Assembly: GCA_046758445.1 (NCBI GenBank)
Contig: JBHIAE010000001.1
Span: forward strand, 96,001 to 160,000
Direction: 5' to 3'
Length of the DNA: 64,000 bases
Origin: Candidatus Thorarchaeota archaeon
GTDB taxonomy: Archaea; Asgardarchaeota; Thorarchaeia; Thorarchaeales; Thorarchaeaceae
The notes under the pieces were generated by a model. That model was not told the DNA's origin, did no database searches, and saw only the letters and a program-made list of their open reading frames with translations. Both the position numbers and the translations under genes were made by a program. This document shows positions 20,119-30,600 of the stretch, piece after piece (the first letter of the stretch is position 1; each line of letters opens with the position of its first letter).

Positions 20119-20652
20119 CTGCAGGAGTATAACCTACTGGTCGGATGCCCAAGAGAAAGGGAGAAGGCAGCCAGCTCTGAGGTTCAATACTTCATCGGCG
20201 ACCTGCTAGGAGACTCTGAGCTGAGAGTGTCCCGTACGCCCATTTCAGGACTACTGGCATGCCGCACAGCATTGAATCCAATCGAGGTTGTTCATCGATT
20301 GAGAGAGTTTGCATTTGAGAACCCGTACCAATTCAGGTATGCAATACGCTTCACGCCTCTCGAGTTCTGCGTTCGTTCAGACATCTCCGAGATTGTAAGG
20401 GTCGCCGAGATGCAATGCACCAGAATCAAAGATGATGAGTCCTTCAGAGTTACTGTTAGGCGAAGACATACTACGCTGAAAACGATGGACGTAATCACCG
20501 AAGTGGCCGCTGTTATTCCACGAAGGGTTGACCTTGACAACCCTGACAAGACACTGTACATTGAGATTGTTGGAGATTGGACCGGAGTATCATTGCTGAA
20601 ACCAGAGGAGGATATCCTTTCGATAATGTCTATGCGTGACGACATATACTAG
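20119..20652 (+). CDS. THUMP-domain protein (probable CTG start)
   Basis: SFRVTVRRR, VDLDNPDKTLYIEIVG; frame extends to CTG 20119 (LQEYNLLVGCPRERE) after GAGGTGA. Confidence 0.8.
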   Translation: MQEYNLLVGCPREREKAASSEVQYFIGDLLGDSELRVSRTPISGLLACRTALNPIEVVHRLREFAFENPYQFRYAIRFTPLEFCVRSDISEIVRVAEMQCTRIKDDESFRVTVRRRHTTLKTMDVITEVAAVIPRRVDLDNPDKTLYIEIVGDWTGVSLLKPEEDILSIMSMRDDIY

Positions 20653-20660
20653 GACTCTAG

Positions 20661-21251
20661 TCATGACTCCAATGAAACCATGGAGATTCTACTTTCTACA
20701 CAACCTGTAAGCGCCTTGAAACGAGATTCCAAGGAGTCAGATTCCGACACGATTGAGAGTTCAGTTTCGCTGATCTTAAAGTGCTCCATGACATGGCGGA
20801 GTCGTTCCTCTGTTTGCGAGAATGGCGGCAGAACCTCACTTCCCAGTCTCTCGACAACCTGATGGAACTGGCTCTCTAATACTTCCTCTTCTGGCGCAAC
20901 CATGACAAGTGCAACAGATTCAAGACCATCACGGACTCCGACGCTCTCCAAAGCCACGCCGATTTGATGTTGGCCAGACGCATACAGGGCCACCTCGACA
21001 TCCAAACTTCGAGCGATGCCATATCCTCCCTTCCAAGCGTTGAGGGCATTCTGGGAGGCAGAGAGAAGATGGCCGACCCCGACTATGGGTAGAGGATTGA
21101 ATAGCTGAAATGCAAGCAGGTCCGTTGAGAACTCCAAGGCCATCCGAAGCAGCGATTTCTGATCCAGCTCGTTTTTGTTCTTGAGCTCTGCGATGCCAAC
21201 TTTGAAGGTTTCTTCGGCGTAAACCAGGTTTTCCAGTAGCAATCTTCTCAC
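20661..21251 (-). CDS. cgi121: KEOPS subunit Cgi121
   Basis: HLLSA...ARSLDVEVALYASGQHQIGVALESVG. Confidence 0.85.
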   Translation of the reverse strand: MRRLLLENLVYAEETFKVGIAELKNKNELDQKSLLRMALEFSTDLLAFQLFNPLPIVGVGHLLSASQNALNAWKGGYGIARSLDVEVALYASGQHQIGVALESVGVRDGLESVALVMVAPEEEVLESQFHQVVERLGSEVLPPFSQTEERLRHVMEHFKISETELSIVSESDSLESRFKALTGCVESRISMVSLES

Positions 21252-21262
21252 CAGGACAAAGT

Positions 21263-21844
21263 CTACAATCTCTTGACAAAGTAATCAGCCACTGTGGGCT
21301 GGAAACCAACCTCGAAGACCAACTTGTCACGGAGTTGCTTTGTATCAAGAGTGGGGTCCTCTTTCTTGAAGATCTTTATGAGGGCAATGATTGACTCTCG
21401 CATTTCCCAAGGATATACTGTCCAGCTCTCTGTCTTGACCATGTAATAATCTGGAGCTACTCTTGACCACGGCTTGAAGTGAAGGACGGCAGACTTGACC
21501 TCTCCCGCTCCAAGAGAATTCACATGTTCAATGGCGTAGAACAGGCTATCGCCAGTGTCTGCCACTTCATCTACTAGAAGAACACTCTTTCCTTCCATTG
21601 AGCCAGTGATAGGCTGAGTGATCTTGGGCTCTCTTCCTTTTTGTGCAACATCGGAGTAGTACTCGATACGGATGTTCTGAAGTGTATCAGCGTAGAGGAC
21701 GTCCGAGAGAATCCGCGCAGGAATCCAGCCGCCTCTTGCGATCCCGATAATGACACTCGGCTTGAAACCACTCTTGACAATTCGCTCAGAGAGCTGGAGA
21801 GTGAGATTATAGACATCATCCCAGGTGAGTATTAGATAATCCAT
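21263..21844 (-). CDS. Purine phosphoribosyltransferase (type I PRTase)
   Basis: GIARGG, VLLVDEVADTGDSL PRPP loop, WTVYPWE; start set at ATG 21844. Confidence 0.9.
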   Translation of the reverse strand: MDYLILTWDDVYNLTLQLSERIVKSGFKPSVIIGIARGGWIPARILSDVLYADTLQNIRIEYYSDVAQKGREPKITQPITGSMEGKSVLLVDEVADTGDSLFYAIEHVNSLGAGEVKSAVLHFKPWSRVAPDYYMVKTESWTVYPWEMRESIIALIKIFKKEDPTLDTKQLRDKLVFEVGFQPTVADYFVKRL

Positions 21845-21965
21845 CCTGCTCGATATCCCCGCAAAGACCTTGTAACTCAGTGGAATTCCTCCATAATAAC
21901 AGTATCCTAGGTTGGCTCTTGCACAACCTAAATCTGGGAGAACGAGTTGCTGTAGCATGAGAGAA

Positions 21966-23231
21966 ATGAAAGCAGACCTTATCCTCACCAACATTGGCCA
22001 GCTCGCAACCCTTGCAGGAAACAGTAACAGGCCCAAGACAGGAGAGAGTATGAAAGAACTATCAATTGTAGATGATGGGGCTGTAGCGATGAAAGATGGA
22101 ATCATTGTGTCGGTTGGTACGACCAAGGATGTACTGGCGGAGGTAGACGATGAGCCATCTCTCCCACCAATCGAGTTTCCAGGTATGCTTGGAATCCCAG
22201 GTTTTGTAGATAGCCACACTCACCTGGTCTTTGGTGGTTCACGTGAGAATGATTTTGCCATGAAACTTGCAGGCAAGACCTATCTCGAGATTCTAGAGAG
22301 TGGCGGAGGTATTCTCAACACTCTCAAAGCTACCCGAGCCTCGACACAGACAGAATTGAGCAGTTCTGCATTCTCCTACGCAGAGAGAATGCTCAGTAGT
22401 GGGACAACGACTGTAGAGGCCAAGAGCGGCTATGGTCTTGATGTGGAGAATGAGTTGAAGATGCTCCGTGTAGTTGGAGACCTTCAGAAGCGATTACCAA
22501 TGGAATTCGCCTCTACCTTCATGGGTGCTCACGCAATTCCTCCAGAATATCAAGGCCAGACTGACGACTACGTCAATCTAGTGGTCGATGAGATGATACC
22601 GACGGTTGCGAAACGCAATATGGCAGAGTTTTGCGACGTGTTCTGTGAGGAGGGCATATTCAACATTGAGCAGTCTCGACAGATACTTCTGGCCGCGAAA
22701 CGCGCAGGGATGAAGCTGAAGGTTCATGCTGATGAAATAGTTCAGCTGGGAGGTGCTGGTCTTGCCGCGGAGGTTGGCGCTGTTTCCGCTGACCACCTGC
22801 TGATGGCAGCTGATGATGATCTTGAGGCTATGCTCAAGACCGGCACAATCGCCACACTGCTACCTGGAACTGCATTCAGTCTTGACACGCCCTATGCTGA
22901 TGCACGCAAAATGATAGACATGGGCCTCCCTGTGGCTCTTGCAACGGACTTCAATCCCAATTGTGCAAATGAGTCCATGTTCTTCACAATCGCGCTCTCA
23001 TGCTACAAGATGAAGATGCAGCCGACAGAGGCAATCACAGCAGCTACAATAAACTCTGCACACGCCCTAGCTAGGAATGAGAGTGTTGGCAGTATAGAAC
23101 CGAGTAAGAGAGCTGACATCGTCATTCTTGAATGCCCCAGTCCTGAATACTTGTCATGGAGATTCGGAGTCAATCTTGTCCATACTGTGATAACTAATGG
23201 ACAGGTCGTGCATACGAAACTTGGTCCCTGA
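21966..23231 (+). CDS. hutI: Imidazolonepropionase
   Basis: DSHTHLVFGG, GGGILNT, EAKSGYGL, HADE, ATDFNP. Confidence 0.95.
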   Translation: MKADLILTNIGQLATLAGNSNRPKTGESMKELSIVDDGAVAMKDGIIVSVGTTKDVLAEVDDEPSLPPIEFPGMLGIPGFVDSHTHLVFGGSRENDFAMKLAGKTYLEILESGGGILNTLKATRASTQTELSSSAFSYAERMLSSGTTTVEAKSGYGLDVENELKMLRVVGDLQKRLPMEFASTFMGAHAIPPEYQGQTDDYVNLVVDEMIPTVAKRNMAEFCDVFCEEGIFNIEQSRQILLAAKRAGMKLKVHADEIVQLGGAGLAAEVGAVSADHLLMAADDDLEAMLKTGTIATLLPGTAFSLDTPYADARKMIDMGLPVALATDFNPNCANESMFFTIALSCYKMKMQPTEAITAATINSAHALARNESVGSIEPSKRADIVILECPSPEYLSWRFGVNLVHTVITNGQVVHTKLGP

Positions 23232-23254
23232 GGTGAGCTGGCTTCAGTCGAGAA

Positions 23255-23728
23255 TTAACGCGCCATGGGACGACTTCCAGACGCTTGATACTCCCTGAAG
23301 TGATCAAGCCATCTTGGGCTCCGGGGAGCATTCTTTACCCACTCAACGAACTGTGTCAGCTTTTCAACAGTTTCTGGATTTGCTATGTGTTCAAACTCAC
23401 AGGCGTCTGCGTCAGCGGTTTCCTCATCAATGCCAATCATGCAGAAGAACCACTTGATGGTTTTATGTGTTCTCTCTAGGTCCCTCGCAATCTCCTCACC
23501 ACTATCTGTCAGACTAACACTTCGATATCGCTCATAGTTGACCAAGCCCAGTTTCTTGAGCTTCCGCAACACGTATGTGACGCTGGGAGCCTTCACACTC
23601 CTCAATTCTGCAATATCAGTGACGCTTGCTGAGCCATGTTGCCGTTGCAGATCATAGATTGTTTCCAGGTATTGCTCCATTGCCTTTGTGAGACCTTTCA
23701 ATGCACTGATCACATCCGTGACTACCAT
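23255..23728 (-). CDS. DtxR/MntR metal-dependent transcriptional regulator
   Basis: EQYLETIY, DIAELRSVKAPSVT, DACEFEH. Confidence 0.9.
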   Translation of the reverse strand: MVVTDVISALKGLTKAMEQYLETIYDLQRQHGSASVTDIAELRSVKAPSVTYVLRKLKKLGLVNYERYRSVSLTDSGEEIARDLERTHKTIKWFFCMIGIDEETADADACEFEHIANPETVEKLTQFVEWVKNAPRSPRWLDHFREYQASGSRPMAR

Positions 23729-23829
23729 AGCTCTTCGCGAAGAAACTGTGCAAACAGAAATTGGAACATAGATAAACCTTGACGAGTGGAGGAAAGTCGA
23801 ACTTGTGTTAGATGAGCGGTAGCTAGTGG

Positions 23830-25362
23830 CTACACTTTGAGGAAAGACCCCGTCACTTCTTCTACGCTGGACACTATCTTCCCGAGGTCCATCAGCTCAC
23901 GAATCCTGACAATGTCTGAACTTAGGGGTCTGTCATCTTCCAGTTTCGGAACCACATTCCTCACAGTCGTGTATGCTTTCATCAGGGGTTCGGATGGTTT
24001 CAGTGGTGCCAAGAGATCTATCGCCTGGGCCGCACACATGTATTCAATGGCTATGACATTCTTCGCATTCTCAAGAATCTGTAGACCTTTCCTGGCCGCG
24101 ATTGTACCCATGCTGACATGATCCTCTTGGTCTGCGCTGGTTGGTATCGAGTCTACACTTGCAGGGTGCGCGTAAACCTTATTCTCAGAAACGAGAGCCG
24201 CGGCAGTGTATTGGGCAATCATCATTCCTGACTTGAGTCCACTCTCCTTGGTAAGAAATGCCGGCAGGTCGCTTAGATTTGGATTTACCAGCCTGTTAAT
24301 CCTTCTTTCCGAGATATTTGCCAGCTCACAAATCGCAATCCCTAGGAAGTCCAGTGCTAGTGCAACAGGTTGTCCGTGGAAGTTCCCACCAGATATTACA
24401 TCTCCTTCTTTTGAGAACACCAAAGGATTGTCCGTAGCAGAGTTAATTTCAGTTTCCAGTACTCCACGTACGTAACGAATCGTATCAAGAGAGGCTCCTA
24501 ACACTTGAGGAATGCATCGTAGAGAATAGGCATCTTGGACCGTTCCACAATCTGCATGAGAACGATTGATTTCACTGTCTCTTAGGATATCGAGCATTGC
24601 CTTGGCAATGTCAATCTGTCCCTTGTGGGGACGTGTGCCGTGGATTCTCTCATCCATTGCGGCTCGCGTTCCCCTTAGAGCTTCAAGACTCATTGCAGCA
24701 GCAACACTTGCATCTCTCATCAAGACTAGCGAATCATGAACGGCAATGGAGCCAACTGCGCACATCGGTTGTGTGCCATTGATGAGGGCAACTCCCTCTT
24801 TTGCCTCAAGAACAATCGGCTGGACGCCGGCCCGTTCCATAGCTGTTGCCCCATCGAGCTGCTCGTCCTCGAAGTAGGCCTCTCCCTCACCAATCATTAC
24901 TAAGGCCATGTGTGCAAGGGGGGCGAGGTCTCCACTGGATCCTACTGACCCCTGTTGGGGGATGACTGGAACAATGTCCGAATTCAACATTTCAACCAGG
25001 GTTTCTATGACCTTCAATCGAATACCAGAGAATCCCTTTGCGAGTGCATTTGCCCTTAGAAGCATCATGCCCCTCACAATCTCTCTGGAAAAAGGTGGCC
25101 CAACTCCTGCACTGTGACTACGTATCAGATTGACTTGTAGTTGAAGGATTTCGCTTTTGTCAATTGACTCCTCGGCGAGATCCCCGAAGCCGGTGTTCAC
25201 TCCATAGACGACGCGACCTTCCTTCAGTGCCTTCTCGATCACTTCTCGACTACTCCGAATTCCTTCAATTGTGGACTTAGCGAGCTTCACTGGTTCTTGA
25301 TGTCTTGCGACCTTAACGACGTCGTCAACGGTGAGACTGACTCCATCAATCATTACAGTCAT
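23830..25362 (-). CDS. hutH: Histidine ammonia-lyase
   Basis: YGVNTGFG, GSVGSSGDLAPL (MIO loop), QDAYSLRC, NFHG, QEDHVSM. Confidence 0.96.
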   Translation of the reverse strand: MTVMIDGVSLTVDDVVKVARHQEPVKLAKSTIEGIRSSREVIEKALKEGRVVYGVNTGFGDLAEESIDKSEILQLQVNLIRSHSAGVGPPFSREIVRGMMLLRANALAKGFSGIRLKVIETLVEMLNSDIVPVIPQQGSVGSSGDLAPLAHMALVMIGEGEAYFEDEQLDGATAMERAGVQPIVLEAKEGVALINGTQPMCAVGSIAVHDSLVLMRDASVAAAMSLEALRGTRAAMDERIHGTRPHKGQIDIAKAMLDILRDSEINRSHADCGTVQDAYSLRCIPQVLGASLDTIRYVRGVLETEINSATDNPLVFSKEGDVISGGNFHGQPVALALDFLGIAICELANISERRINRLVNPNLSDLPAFLTKESGLKSGMMIAQYTAAALVSENKVYAHPASVDSIPTSADQEDHVSMGTIAARKGLQILENAKNVIAIEYMCAAQAIDLLAPLKPSEPLMKAYTTVRNVVPKLEDDRPLSSDIVRIRELMDLGKIVSSVEEVTGSFLKV

Positions 25363-25538
25363 AGATTCAACCCCGGGCTTTCAAGCCGTCAGAAGAACTT
25401 CCATCTGACACTCAAGTCGAACGCAGTTCCCACTGAGCAGAACTTAGTTCCTACTCTATTGCAGCTTGACCCCACTTTAGTAATTACCGGACCACAGACT
25501 CTGGAGTAGATGCAGGATGGAGTGAACCCAGTGTTTCA

Positions 25539-27586
25539 TTATGACCGTAGCTCATTCTTTACTAGTTCTTCTACTAGGCCGTCGGGAGGAACGAACGGAA
25601 GTGTGATGTGACCACGGCCGTCCATCAACCTGTTCCAGTCTACTGCCGTTTCAACTGCGTGTTCATTTCTGGCCCATGCTCTGCGGGCTACTCCGCCCAT
25701 TACATCCCAGTCTAGCGCAGAACGAATGACAGTGTCTACTCTCTCGCTGCCATCAAGAACCAAGCCAAAACCTCCATTGATGGCCTTCCCCGTACCCACA
25801 CCACCGCCGTTTGAGAGGACTGCCAGAGTCATGCCACGGGCCACATTTCCTGCCCAGCATTGGTGAGCCATGTCGCTTGTGACATTACTGCCGTCTCGAA
25901 TGTTTGCGGTTTCTCTGAAGGGGGAGTCTGTGCCTCCTGTGTCATGGTGATCTCTTCCAAGCATTATAGGTCCAATCTTTCCTTCTCGCACCTCCTTGTT
26001 GAACTCTAGAGCAATATTGGCGCGTCCCTTGGCATCCGCATACAGGATTCTGGCTTGGGACCCAACTACTAGAGCATTCTTCTCAGCATCCCGAATCCAA
26101 ACATAGTTGTCCCTGTCTTGGCCTCTGCCTTTCGGATCAATGCATGACATCGCTACCTTGTCAGTTTCGACCAAATCCTCGTGCTTCCCACTGAGGCATA
26201 CCCATCTGAACGGTCCATACCCGTAGTCGAAGCATATTGGTCCCATGATGTCCTCGACATAGGAAGGGAATATGAAGCCGTCATCTGTGTTCTTCCCGTT
26301 TCTCGCAATTGCCAAGACGCCTGCATCGAAGACTGCCTTCATGAAGCTGTTGCCGTAGTCCCAAAAGTGAGTGCCTCTTTTAGTCATGGTCTGGATAAGT
26401 TCGAACTGCCTACGGAGTGATTTGTCTACAAGGCTCTTGAACTCGTCACGGTCACGTTTCAATAGCTCTCTTCCCTCTTCAAATGTCACTCCTTGAGGAG
26501 TATAGCCGCCATTGTACACATCATGGCAAGATGTTTGGTCTGACGAAAGCTCGATAGGAATCTGATTGTCCACAACGTATTGCCATAGATCAACAACATT
26601 GCCAAAGTATCCTATAGAGATTGGCTCATTCTTCTCTCGGTATTCCGTGACCCACTCGAATACCTCATCGAGTTCGGCAGAATGTTTGCTGAGCCATCCT
26701 TGTTCATACCGTGTAACGATTCGACTCTTGTCAACCTCGGCGATTACTCCAATGCCGCCTGCAATCTCAATTGCCTTTGCTTGTGCACCACTCATGCCTC
26801 CCAAGCCAGAAGTAAGGAAGACCCTTCCGCTAAGGTCTTTGTCTTCTGCTATCCCCAGATAGAGTCTACCGGCATTCAGGAGTGTGATATAGGTCCCATG
26901 GACTATCCCTTGAGGACCAATGTACATCAAACCACCTGCTGTCATTTGGCCATAGTTGACTGCGGAGAGCTGGGCTGCTCGATGAAAGTCCTGAGGTGTA
27001 TCAAACATACCCACCATGAGTCCATTTGTGACTATGATCCTGGGCGCATCACTGCGAGACGGGAATAGACCGAGAGGGTGACCAGAGCTCACTACAAGTG
27101 TCTGATCTGCGTTCATGGTTTCCAAGTACTTCATGATTAATCGATACTGCATCCAGCTCTGGCAGACTTGGCCGCTTTCGCCGGGCGTGATTAGAGAATC
27201 CAATCACGCTCTCCGTAAGTGACCAGCTCGTACGGATACAGGGCGACGTTGAAGTCCAAGTTGTTATCAATCATCAGCTGAAGAGCCCGTGCTTCGAGAA
27301 TCCCGTGATATTGGTCGACCGGTTTTGCGACAATCCGGCCTCGGGGTCGGTATCTATATCCATAGATTCTTCCTCTTGTCATCAATTCAGTCAGAAACTC
27401 AGGTGCGAGGTGCTCGTGTAGTTTTGGGTGAACATACCTTAGGGCGTTCTTGACTGCAAGTATCGTGTCTTTTTCACTAAGATTGAATCCTCTATCTGGA
27501 GCTCTTCTTATCTCTGGGTCGAAGATAGGGTCGGGAGGCAGCTTATCAGATAGTTTGATTCTCATAGCTTCAGAAGGGTCATACAT
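25539..27586 (-). CDS. hutU: Urocanate hydratase (long type, 671 aa after removing 27179-27210)
   Basis: Part 1 ...NNLDFNVALYPYELVTYG joins part 2 ESGQVCQSW...YIGPQGIVHGT, GLGGMSGAQ, SDQTSCH, GRDHHD. Confidence 0.93.
27179..27210 (-). other. Putative 32-nt bulge-helix-bulge mRNA intron in hutU
   Basis: Bulges AGA and CGA, central helix ACGG/CCGG (3 WC pairs plus A-G), 10-bp internal stem, exon-exon helix; canonical cuts restore the frame. Confidence 0.8.
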
Positions 27587-27644
27587 CTAACCATCACTCC
27601 GGTGATTGCTGTTCCTTCAATGTAGCACCTTCATAAACAAGTTG

Positions 27645-30600
27645 TCATGAAGATTGTTGAGCTTCCGAGTTTCCATCAGACGCGAACCTGTAACGTTTCA
27701 CGATCCTACCAATTGTGGCGATGTTTCTTGAGATGCCACGAGTTCTCCATAGGTGTAGTCCGATCTGACCAGGAGATAAGCCGGACTCACTTAGCGTGCG
27801 GATTATCTCAATCTCTTGACGTGTTACTCGCTTACGTTGCGGCCTTGCTGCTAACATATCGCAAAGCTCCGATAGACTCTTGGTTCTGCCCAATGCGTTC
27901 CTGAAAAGCGGGAGCTGTGCTGCCCGCCTGATAGAATCGTGACGCACTATTTCGACGCCTGATGGATGTAGATAGGATTTGACACCAAGTGATTCCAAAA
28001 GGGCTTGTGTAAAAGGGCCATTCGAGATAGATGAGATTCCCGCGCGTTGAGCAACTGGAGAGGCGTAGCCATCTCCATCGGCCAATCCTTGGACGAATGC
28101 AATGCGGGACTGTTCGGATGATGCAAGAATCCAATCACCTATGAATGGCACATGGGTCTTCTTCTCACTAGGATTGAGTCCCAAAACAACCTCTCGAAAC
28201 CAGACGAACAATGGGCTGGAAACAAACAGTTCCCAAACCTCGTCCTTAGACCTCTTAATTCTCAGGATTCGATTAGGCTTCACGCGTGAAAAAACTGAAG
28301 AAACGTCATCCAAGGCCTGTTTAGACCAAGTATAGCTCTTGCTCAGGAGACCCCTTAGGGAAAAGGATGTTTTACTGGTAATTTGAACGTAACCATCTGA
28401 CACGGCAAATCCTATTACATACATAAAGTCCTGGAATCTCATTCGCATCTGCCGAAGTACCCTAAGAACATCAGAAACGTTGGTGAGCGTTTCCGGAACC
28501 TCGACCCAGTCCGAGAATACTTGCCCGTCTATTCGAGTAGGCAGCCACTTCCAATTCTCGACTGGCTCCTCCCTTGGGACTCCTTGCAGTAGACGTAGTA
28601 TTCTGGGCAGTCTACTTTTGGTCCAGTGATAAACAGTAGATTCGTCAAGACTCAACGCCTCCGCAATCGCCTTTTGCGATATACCTGATTCGTACATGTC
28701 TAAGAACTTGTAATACTTAGAGCATGACTCTTCAATCTCATTGTAGTTGCTCCAGCTTCTCAAATGCGGTGCGATGTAGATTCTATCCAGTAATTGCAGA
28801 ACACCTTTCATTGATCCGGCTGGTACCTTCTTTCTCAGTTCTGCTACTACTTGCCTGTTTCTGGCAGCTCGTTCGATTTGTGCGCAGATCTCAGGTCTTC
28901 CTCCGTCTACGACCCATCTTCTTGCTTTGCCGGCGGATACTCCGATATCCTCCGCCGCCTTTCGAAGTTCACTCCACCTGATGGTCTTCCTACCACCAAT
29001 CGCTTCGAAGAGATCTAAGTATGCTCCGAAGTCAACGATGAGCGAATCAATGTCTTCCAGTTTCGCCAATCCAGAATAGCTTTGAGAGATTGTTCCACGG
29101 AGTTGGGATACAGAGGATATCGTGAAACCGTCTATCTTGAAGTCGTGGAGATTGACTGTCAACTTCCCAGATTGAATCATACTTCTTTCAGAGTTCGGCA
29201 TGGCAGCAATTCGGACTGGCCAAGGAAGAACTCCATCGACCCACCTCTTTGTTGTGGTCGGCTTTAGTCGGAGCTTGCGGTCAACATCAGACTGCAGCAT
29301 TCCACTCTCAAGAAAAGACAAGGCCTCAAAGTACAGTCTTAGTCTGCTCCACTGCCTCTCAGCTGACGGCCACAGTGATATGGAATCGGAAGTCCCGGTT
29401 TCTTCCAGGATTCTGCGAACATCTTCGGCACTCTGGACATCTCCAAGCTGTTGTCGAATATTCAAAACTCTCTCCTGATTCTTGAAGACCTCATTCAAAT
29501 ACCGGAAGACCGTAGGGAGTTTCCCCTTTAGGACCCAGTTCCTTGCAGTATTGGCTGATATTCCACTTTCTTTTGCAATTGTTGAAACATCCACATCTTC
29601 AATCGGGTCTTGCTCAGAAAACGCCGACATAACTTGGAAATAGATTTGTGCCTGTTTCATCCATTTACTGAAGTTGCGGTTTTGCCTCAGTCCTGGAAAC
29701 TGTCTGTCGATTATGCTTTCAAGCTGGTCATAGGATTCTATTCGTTTACTATTGAGCTCAGGCAAAAACGTCGCAAGTTGTTTCTCTCTAGTCTTCTTGG
29801 CGGCAAGTCTGCCAACCAGGGCCGGTATTCTCTCGCCGCGGAGCCAGGCCAGCACTTCATCTTCAGGAATCCTGTATTTCAGACTCAGCTCTTTGATTTG
29901 GTCATGCCTGTACCTCTCGCGGCCGTTCCGGACTATTGTGTCAAGTTCTCCTCTCTTCCTCATTGATGAGAGTTCAATCCATGCCCTTGCCTCCTCAAGT
30001 TTCTCGTTGAAGTAAACCATTTGACGAATTTCAGGATCATTCTGAGCTTCTTCCAGTTCTTCCTCCGACGTCGGATAGTCCTGTTCGAAATGAGCTCGGA
30101 CTAACTGACCCATCAGCCAATCGCCCTCACGATTCAGCAGTCTCCTGAGCGCCTCGGGCATGGACCTACCTTCACTCCAGTCCCTCGCGGTGTCTTGGTC
30201 TAGGTCAAACTCCCCGGCCAGTTCCTCAATGTCTGTTTCCTCATCTCCCTGCTCTTTCAGCGCCTTTCTGAAACGAAGATAGTTCTCAACCTCTTCCATG
30301 GTCTCTTCGTCTTCAAGCATTGATTCAAGACCATGTTTCCGTGCGAGTTTCTCGAAGTCTTCTTCATCCTCTACTAGCCCTCGGAGATACTCTCTGATAG
30401 CCTCCTTCAGCTCCTCATCAAGTTCATTGAATATCTCTCGGAGATACCTCTGCCAGTCCTCATCCTCGCGCGAGTAGTGCTCTGGCCAATCCGATGATTC
30501 AGTATCACTCTCAGTCGCCTCAGAGTCCTCCTCACCCTTATCATGATTGGTCTTCTCTTCTGCTGATTCTGGATGCTTCTTGACGTGCTCGTACTCTTCT

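Noticed and set aside
25539-27203. hutU as two separate genes, or a TTG-started 554-aa protein
   Set aside because: The TTG lies inside the 32-nt insert and the break falls within the conserved TYG-E-x-GQV motif; a single interrupted gene explains it better
27645-28450. Intein in the giant protein
   Set aside because: LAGLIDADG motifs present but no N-terminal Cys/Ser block A or His-Asn block G, and no host extein
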